64,000 bases of DNA from Thermoplasmatota archaeon (GTDB lineage: Archaea > Thermoplasmatota > E2 > JACPAO01 > JAHFTW01). A program made the translations under genes and the position numbers. The stretch covers positions 1-64,000 of the forward strand of contig JBFIHX010000007.1 of NCBI GenBank assembly GCA_041601615.1, written 5' to 3'. Below are positions 1 through 9,706 of this stretch, piece by piece. Within the stretch, counting starts at the first letter, position 1. Every line of letters starts with the position of its first letter. The notes under the pieces are model-generated. The model saw only the letters and a list, made by a program, of their open reading frames with translations. It made no database searches and was not told the DNA's origin.

Positions 1-83
1 CGAGATACGCTTTGATGTACGAGGTTCCAGTCGAGGTCATTGGTCGTCACTTCCGATTCGACGCCCCAAAGACCCACTGCCAT
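1..83 (-). CDS. 5' part of a possible hypothetical protein running off the left edge (MAVGLWGVESEVTTNDLDWNLVHQSVS...)
   Basis: ATG at 83-81 and an open frame to the window edge; no recognisable motif. Confidence 0.4.
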   Translation of the reverse strand, partial: MAVGLWGVESEVTTNDLDWNLVHQSVS

Positions 84-101
84 GATACGGACCACCCACC
101 C

Positions 102-172
102 ATTACCCCCCGGATAACCAGGGGGTAACTCGGATTACCCCGGAGGGACCGCCGGCCTGCGGCCGACGATCC
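102..172 (-). repeat. Hairpin repeat element, copy A
   Basis: Reverse complement GGATCGTCGGCC-GCA-GGCCGGCGGTCC-CTCCGGGGTAATCCGA matches the copies at 45147, 46924 and 60112; a second hairpin TTACCCCC...GGGGGTAA at 103-128; about 12 nt downstream of the asd stop. Confidence 0.85.
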
Positions 173-183
173 AACTCATGCAA

Positions 184-1221
184 TCAAAGCAAGCCAACAG
201 CGTCTGCGTACTCCGCATTGAGCACGCTCTGCCCAGCGGCGCCTCGCAGCGTGTTGTGCCCGAGCACCCAGAACCGCACCCATTCTCCGGAGGGTCGGAT
301 GCGGCCGACGGTGACGCTCATGCCGTTTTCTCGGTCTCGATCAAGGCGTGGCTGGGGCCGGTCGGCGCGTGGGTCGACGTGGATGGGCTGGGCGGGCGCC
401 ATGGGGAGCCCGGCGACCTCGGGGGGTCCTCGAAATTCCTCGAACGCGGCCGTGATCTCCTGGATGCTGGCGGCGCGGGTGAGTCGGGCATGGACGGATT
501 CGAGGTGGCCTTCGCGCACGGGGACGCGGGCGCAGGTGGCGTGGACGCGGAAGGCGGCAGGTGTGCCTGAAGTGCCGAGGGTGCGTTGCGGTTCGGTTTC
601 CAGTTTGTCCTCTTCGCCGCCGATGTAGGGTATGACGTTGTCGAGGATGTCGAGGCTGGGAACTCCGGGGTGTCCGGCGCCGCTGAGTCCTTGGAAGGTG
701 GTGACGTGGACTTCTTCGAGGCCGAAAGCTCGGTGCAGTGGCGCCAGGGCGAGGGTGAGGACGATGCCGGAGCAGTTTCCATTGGCGACCACGAAGCCGC
801 GTCGCCCTTCCACGAGTTCGAGGTGCTCGGGGTTGACTTCGGGGATGAGTAGGGGCACGTCGGGGGCCATGCGAAGGTCCTTGGCGTTGGTGAAGACCGC
901 TTTGCCGGTGTCTGCCATGGCGCGTTCGATGGGTCCTGCTTCGTTGCCAGGCAGGGCGCTGAAGACCACGCGGATGTCGTTGCGGTTGGCGATGTCTTCG
1001 ACGGATTCGAGCACGAGGCCGGCGGCGTGCGTGGGCATTTCGCCGTCGAGTCGCCATGGCGTGGCTTCGCCGTAGGGTCGGCCTTGGTTGCGTGCGCTTG
1101 CGGCCACGGCGCGAAGTTCGAGTCGGGGGTGTCCGTCGAGCAATTGTACGAATCGTTGGCCGACGGTGCCGGTGGCGCCGAGGACCGCGCAGCCGATTTT
1201 GTCGGGGGTTTCGGGGTTCAT
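184..1221 (-). CDS. asd: Aspartate-semialdehyde dehydrogenase (archaeal type)
   Basis: LGATGTVGQRF Rossmann motif, PLLIPEVN, NGNCS catalytic Cys, QGLSGAG, GHNTLRGAAG; ATGA overlap with the lysC stop. Confidence 0.96.
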   Translation of the reverse strand: MNPETPDKIGCAVLGATGTVGQRFVQLLDGHPRLELRAVAASARNQGRPYGEATPWRLDGEMPTHAAGLVLESVEDIANRNDIRVVFSALPGNEAGPIERAMADTGKAVFTNAKDLRMAPDVPLLIPEVNPEHLELVEGRRGFVVANGNCSGIVLTLALAPLHRAFGLEEVHVTTFQGLSGAGHPGVPSLDILDNVIPYIGGEEDKLETEPQRTLGTSGTPAAFRVHATCARVPVREGHLESVHARLTRAASIQEITAAFEEFRGPPEVAGLPMAPAQPIHVDPRADRPQPRLDRDRENGMSVTVGRIRPSGEWVRFWVLGHNTLRGAAGQSVLNAEYADAVGLL

Positions 1222-2588
1222 GGGGTGCCTCCGAGGAAGGCGTCGTGGATGCCGCGTAGGGCTTCGTTGCGTTGGTGGGTTTGGACGATGAAGTCGATGG
1301 CGATGTCGCTGGCGCCGAGGCTGATCATTTCGATGTTGACGCCTCGGCTTCCGACGGCATCGAGGATGCGAGCGGCACTGCCGGGGGTCTCTCCGAGTCC
1401 TCGTCCGACGACGCAGACGAGGCTGCGTTCGCGCATGGCTTCGATGCTCTGCACGACGCCTCCGACGAGGGGTTCGAGGGCCTTGTGGGCTCGTTCCATG
1501 TCGGTGTCTTCCAGCAGCAACGCGAAGGTGGCTTGGCTGGTGCTGAGGTTGAGGATGTTGATGCCGGCGGCGGCCAGAGGATCGAACACTTGTTTGGCGA
1601 CTCCGGGTGTGTAGGCCATGCCGGGGCCGTTGAGGCGGAGGATGCCGAGGTTGCCTTTGCTGGCGCAGCTTCGCACCATGCGGGGTGCTTTGCCCACTTG
1701 GGCACGGATGACGGTGCCGGGGGCGTCGGGGGCATCGAGGCTGCGGATATGGATGGGGACGCCGTGGGGTTCGAGGGGTTCCACGGCGCGGGGGTGCAGC
1801 ACTTTGGCGCCGAAGTGGGCAAGTTCTGCGGCTTCGTCGTAGCCGAGTTCCGGCACCAGAACGGCGTCGGGGATGGCGCGGGGGTCGCTCGTGAGGAATC
1901 CGGGCACGTCTTTCCAGAGTTCGACGGCTTCGGCGCCCATGGAGACGGCTAGAAGACTTGCTACGTAGTCGCTGCCGCCGCGCCCGAAGAGGCTTGGGTG
2001 GCCTCGTTCGTCCACGCCGTAGTAGCCGGTGACCACGGGGATGCGGCCGGCTTCGAGGTGGGGTTCGAGCCGCTCGGGGACGAGGTTTGCCATGGCGTAC
2101 AGATCGGGGCGGGCGTTGCGGAAGGGGCCGAGGGTGCGAACTCCTGCGTGTTCGGCGTCGAGGGCGACGGCGTCGCGGCCTGCGAGTCGGATGCCGGCGG
2201 CGACGAGGGGGGCGGCGAGTCGTTCGCCGAAGCTCTCGACGAGGTCGCAAAGCCTCGGCGTGGTTTCTTGGGTGTAGGCGATGCCGTACAGGAGCCGTTC
2301 GAGGTGTTCGAGGGCGATGCGCAGAGCGTATTGGGCGGCTTCGTCGTCGGGGGCGAGGGTCTTGAGGGTCTGGAGGTGGCGTTGGCGCAGTTCGTCGAGG
2401 ACCACGAACACCTGTTTTTCGTCGTCGGCGACCCGGAAGGGAGCGGCGGCCAGGAGGTCCGTGACACCGGCCATGGCGCTGGTGACGACCACGTGCGGCT
2501 CGGCTTCGGCGGCAACAATCCGGGCGACGTTGCGGATGGCGTCGGCGTCGGCCACGGCGGCCCCGCCGAATTTCATGATGCGTGTCAT
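1218..2588 (-). CDS. lysC: Aspartate kinase with two C-terminal ACT domains
   Basis: MKFGG, VVVTSAM, SFGERL, GRGGSDY, KDVPG, FGAKVLHP motifs. Confidence 0.96.
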   Translation of the reverse strand: MTRIMKFGGAAVADADAIRNVARIVAAEAEPHVVVTSAMAGVTDLLAAAPFRVADDEKQVFVVLDELRQRHLQTLKTLAPDDEAAQYALRIALEHLERLLYGIAYTQETTPRLCDLVESFGERLAAPLVAAGIRLAGRDAVALDAEHAGVRTLGPFRNARPDLYAMANLVPERLEPHLEAGRIPVVTGYYGVDERGHPSLFGRGGSDYVASLLAVSMGAEAVELWKDVPGFLTSDPRAIPDAVLVPELGYDEAAELAHFGAKVLHPRAVEPLEPHGVPIHIRSLDAPDAPGTVIRAQVGKAPRMVRSCASKGNLGILRLNGPGMAYTPGVAKQVFDPLAAAGINILNLSTSQATFALLLEDTDMERAHKALEPLVGGVVQSIEAMRERSLVCVVGRGLGETPGSAARILDAVGSRGVNIEMISLGASDIAIDFIVQTHQRNEALRGIHDAFLGGTP

Positions 2589-3691
2589 GCGTGTCCCTCC
2601 TGGCGTGCTTGCAAGAGGAGGTCGGCGAGTACGAGCATGACGGCGGCTTCGATGACGGGGACTGCGCGCACGGCGATGCAGGGGTCGTGGCGGCCTTTGA
2701 GTTCGAGGGTCGCGGCTGCGCCGGTGTCCACGTCGACGGTTTGTTGGGGTTGGAAGATGCTGCTTGTGGGTTTGATGGCAACTCGGCCCCAGAGTGGGGC
2801 GCCAGTGGTGCGGCCGCCGAGAATGCCTCCGGCGTGGTTGGTTGTGGGAACGATGGCGATCTCGGAGTTTGTGCCTGCGCCGGGCTCCAGTGGGTCGTTG
2901 TGTTCGGATCCGGTCATCCGTGCGGCGGCAAATCCCTCGCCAAATTCGACGCCTTTGACGGCGGGAACTGCAAACAGCATGTGGGAAAGGAGGCTTTCGA
3001 CGGAGTCAAAGAACGGGTCGCCGAGCGCCACGGGAATTCCTTCGGCGCGCCAGGCGACGGTGCCGCCGATGGAGTCTTTGGCGGCCCGGGCGGCTTGGAT
3101 GCGTTCGACCATGGCGGCTTCCTTGTCGACGTGCGAGGTGTGGACTGGGCTGGCGCGGGCGTCGTGCATGGCTTGCACGGTGGGTGTGTTCGGGTTGGTG
3201 GGGCCTTCGAGTGCGCCGACACTGTGTAGGTGTGCTCCGACGCGGATGCCGGCGGCTTGCAACAAGGGTGCTACGAGGGCTGCGGCGGCGACGAGTCCTG
3301 CGGTGAGTCGTCCGCTTGCGTGTCCGCCGCCTCGAAGGTCGGCAAATCCGTGGCTCCAGGCGCGGTTGACCCAGTCGGCGTGGCCGGGGCGGGGCTTTCG
3401 AAGGACTTCGGAGTAGTCGCGGCTGCGTACGTCTTCGTTGCCGATCCAGATGAGCAGCGGCGCGCCGGTGGTGTGGCCATCGTGGACGCCCGATTGGATG
3501 TGCGGGGTGTCGGGTTCGTTGCGGGCACTGACGAGGGGGCCGGTGCCGGGGCGACGGCGGTCGAGGGCCGCTTGGATTGCTTCCATGTGGACGGGCAGGC
3601 CGGGTGGAACGCCGTCAAGCAGGATGCCGATGCCGTGGCCGTGGGACTCGCCGAGGATGTGGATGCGTAGGCGGCGGCCGAAGCTGTTCAT
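2585..3691 (-). CDS. aroC: Chorismate synthase
   Basis: MNSFGR..GESHG, RPGHAD, GGGHASGRLT, GGILGG, KPTSSI, GRHDPCI signatures. Confidence 0.97.
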   Translation of the reverse strand: MNSFGRRLRIHILGESHGHGIGILLDGVPPGLPVHMEAIQAALDRRRPGTGPLVSARNEPDTPHIQSGVHDGHTTGAPLLIWIGNEDVRSRDYSEVLRKPRPGHADWVNRAWSHGFADLRGGGHASGRLTAGLVAAAALVAPLLQAAGIRVGAHLHSVGALEGPTNPNTPTVQAMHDARASPVHTSHVDKEAAMVERIQAARAAKDSIGGTVAWRAEGIPVALGDPFFDSVESLLSHMLFAVPAVKGVEFGEGFAAARMTGSEHNDPLEPGAGTNSEIAIVPTTNHAGGILGGRTTGAPLWGRVAIKPTSSIFQPQQTVDVDTGAAATLELKGRHDPCIAVRAVPVIEAAVMLVLADLLLQARQEGHA

Positions 3692-4947
3692 GCTGCCTCC
3701 GTGAGCTGGGCAAGATCGGCGTGGAAGTTGGGGTAGCTGATGGCGACACATTCGGGGTCGGTGACGGTGACGGGGCCGTTGGCAACGAGCCCGGCGATGC
3801 AGAATGCCATGTGGATGCGGTGGTCGTCGTAGCCGTGGATTTTGGCGCCGCGCAGCTCTCCGGAGGCGCCGTGGACGATGAGGCCGTCGGGTTGTTCTTG
3901 GACGCGGATGCCGAGTTTGGTGAGTCCCTTGGCCATGGCGGTGATGCGGTCGCTTTCTTTGTGGCGCAGGGCGGCCCCTCCGGTGAAGGTGGTTGTGCCT
4001 TCGGCGCACGCGGCGAGCACGGCGAGGGCGGGGAACAGGTCGGGGGTTGCGGATACATCGACGCTGCCGGGGGAGACGAGGCTGTCTCCGGTGACAGTGG
4101 ATCCTCGGACGTGGGCGCCAAAGTCGCGGATGATGTCGAGTATGCCGCGGTCGCCTTGGGGGCTGTCGGCGCGCAGGCCTTCGACGGTGACGGTGCCTCC
4201 GGTGATGGCCGCGGCAACAAAGGGGAATGCGGCGCCGGACCAGTCGGCTTCCACAGTGTATTCAGTGGCACTGACGGTTTGGTTGCCGGGGATTTGGTAC
4301 GTGTCATCGTGGGCGTGGATTTGAATGCCGAAGGCGGCGGCGACTTCGCGTGTTACGTCGAGGTAGGGGCGGCTGCTGACGGGGGGTGTCATGCGAAGCT
4401 CGGAGTGGCTGGCCAAAAAGGGCAGGGAAAGCAGGAGGGCGCTTGCGTATTGGCTGCTGACTTGGGCAGGTAGCGTGTAGGTGCCGGGTTCGATTGGTCC
4501 CGTGATGGTGATGGGGAGTCGGTCCGTGCCGTCTACTTTGGCGCCGCCCTTTGCTAGTGCTTCGAGCAAGGGCGCGTTGGGGCGCTGGCGAAGGCTTTGG
4601 TCGCCGTCGAAGCTGCTGGCGCCGGGCATGCGGGCCGCGAGTCCGAGCAGGAGCCGCAAACTGGTGCCGCTGTTTTGGCAGTGGACGGAGGCGGGGGTCC
4701 ATGACGCGGGGGCAAACGTAACGGAGTCGCCGTGGTCCTCCATGTGGGCTCCAAGTTGTTGCAGGCACGCAAGCGTCGTGTCTGTGTCGGAGGCTCGCAG
4801 CGGGGCATGGACCGCTGCGCGGTCGTTCGTGTGCGCCGCCAAGAGGTAGGCGCGGTGCGTCATGCTCTTGCTGCTGGGCGCCCGGACGGTGCCGATTGCG
4901 ATCCCGGGGCGGCTTGTGAACACGGCGTGTTCACTTCTTTGCATCAC
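3688..4947 (-). CDS. aroA: EPSP synthase (3-phosphoshikimate 1-carboxyvinyltransferase)
   Basis: PSSKSMTHR, NSGTSLR, SSQYASALL, LRHKESDRI, DDHRIHMAF; GTG start overlapping the aroK stop (alternative ATG at 4944). Confidence 0.96.
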   Translation of the reverse strand: MMQRSEHAVFTSRPGIAIGTVRAPSSKSMTHRAYLLAAHTNDRAAVHAPLRASDTDTTLACLQQLGAHMEDHGDSVTFAPASWTPASVHCQNSGTSLRLLLGLAARMPGASSFDGDQSLRQRPNAPLLEALAKGGAKVDGTDRLPITITGPIEPGTYTLPAQVSSQYASALLLSLPFLASHSELRMTPPVSSRPYLDVTREVAAAFGIQIHAHDDTYQIPGNQTVSATEYTVEADWSGAAFPFVAAAITGGTVTVEGLRADSPQGDRGILDIIRDFGAHVRGSTVTGDSLVSPGSVDVSATPDLFPALAVLAACAEGTTTFTGGAALRHKESDRITAMAKGLTKLGIRVQEQPDGLIVHGASGELRGAKIHGYDDHRIHMAFCIAGLVANGPVTVTDPECVAISYPNFHADLAQLTEAA

Positions 4948-5768
4948 GTGATCGCCTCTTGTGCGCGGGTCCATTGCCATATTCCGCCGACGACCTCGGG
5001 CAGCTTGGATTTGGATGAAAACAAGGCGGCGACGGCGGGCCCGGTGCCACTGAGGCCGGCTCCGAGCGCTCCTGCTTCGAGGGCGACTTTGGCTGGTTCG
5101 GCTGTGACGGGGAGTCCGTGGGCGGCGTAGAATTCGGTGAAGGCTGCACCGTTGAGGGTCATGGCGCCCGGGATGTTGCCGTCGATGAGGAGGCGTTCTG
5201 CTTCTTCGATTTTGGGCCGCAGTATCGATGCATCGAGGTCGCGCAGGTCGTCTTTGGGAATGGTTGCCTCGGGCACCCAGACGGCGACGTGCCAAGGTTC
5301 GATGGGGAGGGTGTCTAGGACCAGCATCGCGGGGTTGTCGGTGCGGTGGCAGCCGCCGCGTACGGTGGCGACTTGGTCATCGAAGGCGCCGGTGAGGGTG
5401 ACCCCTGCGTCGCGGGAGCATTGCACGGCGAGCACTTCGAGTTCGATGTTGCTGAGTTCCACGTCGGCGTCCTCGGCTGCGGCGCGAAGGAGGGCCGCGG
5501 CGGCTCCGCTGCTGGTTTTGAGGCCTTTGCTGGCGGGCCATGTGGATTCGGTGGTGGCGACAGCTCCGGCGCGGTCGATGCGTTCGCGCATGCGTGCAAA
5601 GCAGGCTTGGGCAAGTGCGTCGTCGATGGGGCTTTTCCAGGAGAGGCCTGGTTCGGTGGTCCACATCCAGTCGGCACGGACTCCGGCTTGGACTGCGAGG
5701 CTGCTGCCGTGGCCGTTGGCGGTGGCGTTGAGGATGGTGACGGCGCCAAACGCGGAGCCTTCGCTCAT
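4944..5768 (-). CDS. aroK: Archaeal shikimate kinase (GHMP family)
   Basis: GAVTILNA, PASKGLKTSSGAA, TGAFDD, GLSGTGPA; operon context. Confidence 0.93.
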   Translation of the reverse strand: MSEGSAFGAVTILNATANGHGSSLAVQAGVRADWMWTTEPGLSWKSPIDDALAQACFARMRERIDRAGAVATTESTWPASKGLKTSSGAAAALLRAAAEDADVELSNIELEVLAVQCSRDAGVTLTGAFDDQVATVRGGCHRTDNPAMLVLDTLPIEPWHVAVWVPEATIPKDDLRDLDASILRPKIEEAERLLIDGNIPGAMTLNGAAFTEFYAAHGLPVTAEPAKVALEAGALGAGLSGTGPAVAALFSSKSKLPEVVGGIWQWTRAQEAIT

Positions 5769-7282
5769 GCGAGGGCTGCCTCCATGGCGGCGCGGTCGGG
5801 GGCGTCTCCGGTCCAGTAAGTGTAGGCGTCGACGGCTTGCTCGAGCAGGAATTTTTTGCCATCTACGACCGTGGCACCGGCTTGGGCGGCGGCTGTTTGG
5901 AAGGGTGTTGGGCCGTGGCCGTAGACCAGTTCGAGGGCGAGTTTGGCTCCCTCGAAGGCTTCGACGGGCAGCACGGTTTCGTCGTCGGGGTCCATGCCCA
6001 GCGTTGTTGCTTGCACCCAGGCGGCGGGGCGTAGGTCGGCGCGTTCGGCCCAGGGCACGAACTCGATTCCGGGCGCGGCTGCTGGGGGGTTGCGGGCGCA
6101 TACCATCACGTTGAATCCGGCTTGCTTGGCGGCGTATTGGATGGCGCGGGAGGCTCCGCCGGCTCCGAGCACGGCGACGGTGTCCCCGGGTGCGAGGTGG
6201 GCTTCGAGGATGCGCTTTGCGGCTGTTGCGTCGGTGTTGGTGGATTCGGCGCGGCCGTGTCGGAAGCGGATGCAGTTGGCAGCTCCGATGGCTTGGACGG
6301 CTTCGTCTCCTTGGGTGACCATGGCGGCGTGGGTTTTCAGGGGGCTGGTGACGCTGGCGCCGTGGAGGCCGATGCGGTCGGAGATGGTTTGGACGAGGCG
6401 CATGGCGGGGAGGCTGTCGGGTACGACGAGGGCGCCGTATCGTTCGGGCCGGCCAGCGGCGCGCAGGGCGGCGTTGTGGATGCGTGGGCTGAGGCTGTGG
6501 CGCACGGGGTCTCCGAGGACGGCAAGCCAGGGGCTGTTTTTGGGGCGTCGGGCGAGGTCGTGGGCTTCGAGTCCCCAGTGCGTGAAGGTGGCTTGGATGT
6601 CTGCCAGTGCGGGTTGTCCGCTGATGGCGGGTGGGGCGCCGGGTGCGTGTCCGTAGGAGGCGTGGTTGCCCGCCACGGCCAAGAGGGCGCGAACGCTGGC
6701 GTCGGCGTTGCCGTAGGGTGCGATGCAGGGTTTGCCGTTGCGTTCGAGGTGGCGTTGGGTGAGTTCGAGGGCGCGCAGCACGTCGGGTAGGGCGCCGGAG
6801 GGGTAGGCGATTTTATCGAGGAGGCCGTCGAGGTCTTGCATGGATTGCAGCCGACGTAGGCCTTCTTCGCGGTGGGGGGCTGCGGCGAATCGGTGGTCGC
6901 TGAGGATGATGTCGACGCCTTCTTCGGCAAGCACGCGGCGCACGGCGCCCACGGCTTCGTGGTCGTTTTCTAGGTCTACGGCGGCAAATCCGGCGCGGGC
7001 TGCGGCGACGAGCAGGCTGACTCGGACTTCTTCTGTGCCCTCGAATCCTCCTCCTTGGCGCTTGGGGCGGAGGGTGGCCAGCAGTTTGGCGCCGGTTCGT
7101 TCGGCGGCGTCGAGCACTTGCACGAGGTCGTCTACGGCGGCATCTTCGCTGGGTGCGTCGGTCCACCAGGCGTCGAGGCGGATTTCCACGAGATCGGCGA
7201 GGCCGGCGCACGAGGGGATGGCGGCTGCGGCGGCTGCGGCGGTGGGGACGTGGAGGGTGGCGATGCACAGGTGTCCGGTCAT
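5765..7282 (-). CDS. aroDE: Fused type I 3-dehydroquinate dehydratase / shikimate dehydrogenase
   Basis: N-terminal ADLVEIRLD, ATLRPKRQGG, SDH, DKIA (AroD); C-terminal LGDPVRHSLSPRIHN, SVTSPLK, NTD, LGAGGASRA, LLEQA (AroE). Confidence 0.92.
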   Translation of the reverse strand: MTGHLCIATLHVPTAAAAAAAIPSCAGLADLVEIRLDAWWTDAPSEDAAVDDLVQVLDAAERTGAKLLATLRPKRQGGGFEGTEEVRVSLLVAAARAGFAAVDLENDHEAVGAVRRVLAEEGVDIILSDHRFAAAPHREEGLRRLQSMQDLDGLLDKIAYPSGALPDVLRALELTQRHLERNGKPCIAPYGNADASVRALLAVAGNHASYGHAPGAPPAISGQPALADIQATFTHWGLEAHDLARRPKNSPWLAVLGDPVRHSLSPRIHNAALRAAGRPERYGALVVPDSLPAMRLVQTISDRIGLHGASVTSPLKTHAAMVTQGDEAVQAIGAANCIRFRHGRAESTNTDATAAKRILEAHLAPGDTVAVLGAGGASRAIQYAAKQAGFNVMVCARNPPAAAPGIEFVPWAERADLRPAAWVQATTLGMDPDDETVLPVEAFEGAKLALELVYGHGPTPFQTAAAQAGATVVDGKKFLLEQAVDAYTYWTGDAPDRAAMEAALA

Positions 7283-7283
7283 G

Positions 7284-8285
7284 CTAGCGCTCCGTGAGGG
7301 CTTCTTGGACGGGCATTCCGAAGTGGCGGGCGGCGGTTTCGAAGTGCACGAGGATGCGGTCGCCGACCTGCAATTCGGTGATGGAGGTGGCGGTCTGGCC
7401 TGGGCGCACGAGGCGGATGGTCTCGGCGGTTTGGAGCACCATGTGGCCGGTGCGTCCATCGTCGCTGGTCCAGCCGAGGAGTGTATGGGGTCTGCGTTCG
7501 ATTTTGGCGCGGCCCACGGTCAGTTCACGGCGGGTTCCGTTTGCTGCGACGGCGGTGACGCGGGTTCCGGCTTGCACTTCGCTCAGGTACTGGGTTTTGC
7601 CGTCGGCTAGGAGCACGTAGGCGTGGACGGCGCCGGCGTTGACGCGGAAGGGGCGGGTTGCGACGTATTCGGACTCGATGGTTTCTGCGTGGACCAAGCA
7701 AAAGCTCCGGGCGGTGCTGCCGACCAGAATGCCTTCGCCGTTGGAAAACAAGCTGGTGGTGTCGATGCAGACGCGGTCGCCGGGGCCTGCGTCTTCGAGG
7801 CGCGTGATGGTTGCTTCTTCGAGGTACGGCCGGTCGGGCGCTGCGTCCGTGGAATCGTCGGGACGGGGGCCTCGTGCGCGAAGGAGTCGGTCCGTTTCTA
7901 GAATGTCGGCTGCGGAGGAGGGGCGAAGCACGACGCCGTGCACGCCTACTTCGAGGGTGTCTCGAAACAGCACGGCTTCGGTGGGGGACGCGGCGAGTGC
8001 ATACAGGGTGCCGGGCCGGTTGCGGCGGGCGGCGATGAGGTTTTCGAGCGGGATGATGGTCCAGTCCGTGGCGTCGATGATGACGATGCCCTCTGCTTTG
8101 GCGGCGGCGGTTTGGTCCTGGGCGCTGTTCATGGCCATAACGCGAACGGTTTGATTGCCGACGGTCATGGGCAGTGCTTCGATGATTGCTTCGCAGCCTA
8201 CTTGTGCGGCAGCGGCGCGCAGCGGGTCGGCTTTGGTCGCTGGCAGTCCGCGCACGTCGATCCAGAGGGGGATGCGGCCGGTCAT
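7284..8285 (-). CDS. aroB': 3-dehydroquinate synthase II (archaeal AroB')
   Basis: DWTIIPLENLIA, GDRVCIDT, RPFRVNAGAVHAY, VGRAKIERRP, QTAETIRL, ARHFGM. Confidence 0.95.
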   Translation of the reverse strand: MTGRIPLWIDVRGLPATKADPLRAAAAQVGCEAIIEALPMTVGNQTVRVMAMNSAQDQTAAAKAEGIVIIDATDWTIIPLENLIAARRNRPGTLYALAASPTEAVLFRDTLEVGVHGVVLRPSSAADILETDRLLRARGPRPDDSTDAAPDRPYLEEATITRLEDAGPGDRVCIDTTSLFSNGEGILVGSTARSFCLVHAETIESEYVATRPFRVNAGAVHAYVLLADGKTQYLSEVQAGTRVTAVAANGTRRELTVGRAKIERRPHTLLGWTSDDGRTGHMVLQTAETIRLVRPGQTATSITELQVGDRILVHFETAARHFGMPVQEALTER

Positions 8286-8290
8286 GGGGT

Positions 8291-9034
8291 TCACGGGAAG
8301 ATGCGGGCGATGTCCTGGACGGCGGCGGCGGGGTCGTCTTGCTGGAAGACGTTGCGGCCGATGCTGACGCCGGCGGCTCCTGCTTTTTTGGCGCCGCGAA
8401 GGTCGTTCAGGAGTTCCTCGAAGCTGTCGCGTTTGGGGCCGCCGGCGACGATGACGGGCACGCCTGCGCCTTCGACGACGGGGCGGAAGGACTCGGGGCT
8501 GCCGGTGTAGGGTACTTTGACCACGTCGGCTCCGAGCTCTGCGCCGAGGCGGGCGGCGTGGGCGACAAGCACGGGGTCGAAGGGGTTGTCGATGCTGGGG
8601 CCGCGAGGATACACCATGGCGATGTGGGGCATGCCCCAGTCGTTGCAGAGGGTGCTGACGCGGCCGAGGCTTTCGATCATGTGGCTTTCGGTGGCAGCAC
8701 CCAGGTTGCAGTGGGTGGAGACGCCGTCGAATCCGAGTTTCAGTGCTTCTTCCACGGTGGCGACTAGGCGTTTGTCGTTGGGGTCGGGTGCCACGTCGGT
8801 GCTTGCGGATAGATGCAATAGCAGGCCCAGGTCGTTGGCGTGGGGAGCAAGGTGACGCACCAGACCCTTGTGCACCGTGACACACGTTGCGCCAGCCGCG
8901 ACTGCTGCGAGGGTAGCAGCGGGGTTGATGATGCCGGGGGCGGGCCCGATGCTGATGCCGTGGTCCATGGGCACCATGCGGAAATGCCCAGAGGAGCTTT
9001 GCAGCCGTGCCATTCGGATGGGGTTCGCGGCCAT
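8291..9034 (-). CDS. aroA': 2-amino-3,7-dideoxy-D-threo-hept-6-ulosonate synthase (class I aldolase, AroA')
   Basis: VPMDHGISIGP, HLSAST, MVYPRG, ARLGAELGADVVKVPY, AGGPK, GRNVFQ; first gene of the aro operon, next to aroB'. Confidence 0.9.
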   Translation of the reverse strand: MAANPIRMARLQSSSGHFRMVPMDHGISIGPAPGIINPAATLAAVAAGATCVTVHKGLVRHLAPHANDLGLLLHLSASTDVAPDPNDKRLVATVEEALKLGFDGVSTHCNLGAATESHMIESLGRVSTLCNDWGMPHIAMVYPRGPSIDNPFDPVLVAHAARLGAELGADVVKVPYTGSPESFRPVVEGAGVPVIVAGGPKRDSFEELLNDLRGAKKAGAAGVSIGRNVFQQDDPAAAVQDIARIFP

Positions 9035-9143
9035 GGGTGGCCCGGGCACAGACTGTCGATATTTATGCCCTGTTCACCACAATTGGCATCCATTGTGCAA
9101 ATCTGCAAAGCGATTAAGTACGCATCTGTGCAATGGGGCGTCC

Positions 9144-9644
9144 ATGTGGCAGGTCCTTATCGATCATTTCCGGCGCTATCCGGCCCAGGAACGCGTCGTC
9201 CGACTCATGATCGATCACGGCTTGCATATCCGAGAAATGAAGATCCACGCAGGCAGCGTCGAAGTGGCAGACACTGCTGTTGCCCGCGCCGCGAACGTGG
9301 ACCGCCGCATCGTGCGAAGCACCGTGGAAACCATCCTCGAAAATCCGAGCTTGGAGCGCGTCTTCACTCGGTTCTTGCCCACCCTTGACCTCAAGCTCGT
9401 CGCGCCCGAGATCGGCTGCGGCGTCATCGAGATCATTCCCACCAACGCCAGCCAACCCGGCATCCTGTCGGGTGTCAGCCAGGTCATCGCCAATGCCGGA
9501 CTCAGCATCCGGCAAGCCATCGTTGAGGACCCCGACTTCACAGATCAGCCGCGCTTGTTCGTGGTCACGGAGGAGCGAGTTCCTGGCGAAATGATTCAGG
9601 TGTTGCAGGACGTTTCAGGAGTGCGCGGCGTCACCGTGTACTAG
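9144..9644 (+). CDS. Predicted amino-acid metabolism regulator with an HTH-like N-terminus and ACT domain (COG2150-like)
   Basis: ARAANVDRRIV, PGILSGVSQVIANAGLSIRQAIVEDP (ACT); divergent from the aro operon. Confidence 0.85.
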   Translation: MWQVLIDHFRRYPAQERVVRLMIDHGLHIREMKIHAGSVEVADTAVARAANVDRRIVRSTVETILENPSLERVFTRFLPTLDLKLVAPEIGCGVIEIIPTNASQPGILSGVSQVIANAGLSIRQAIVEDPDFTDQPRLFVVTEERVPGEMIQVLQDVSGVRGVTVY

Positions 9645-9706
9645 TCGGGCGCACCGTTCGCCAAGGTTTGGCCATTCCTTCATCTGCTTGAGCCCGTGCG
9701 ACCGTT

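Noticed and set aside
1222-2781. 865-aa N-terminally extended Asd, and similar Arg/Pro-rich extensions on the aro ORFs
   Set aside because: The extensions overlap the upstream gene in another frame; the real starts lie at ATGA/GTGA overlaps.
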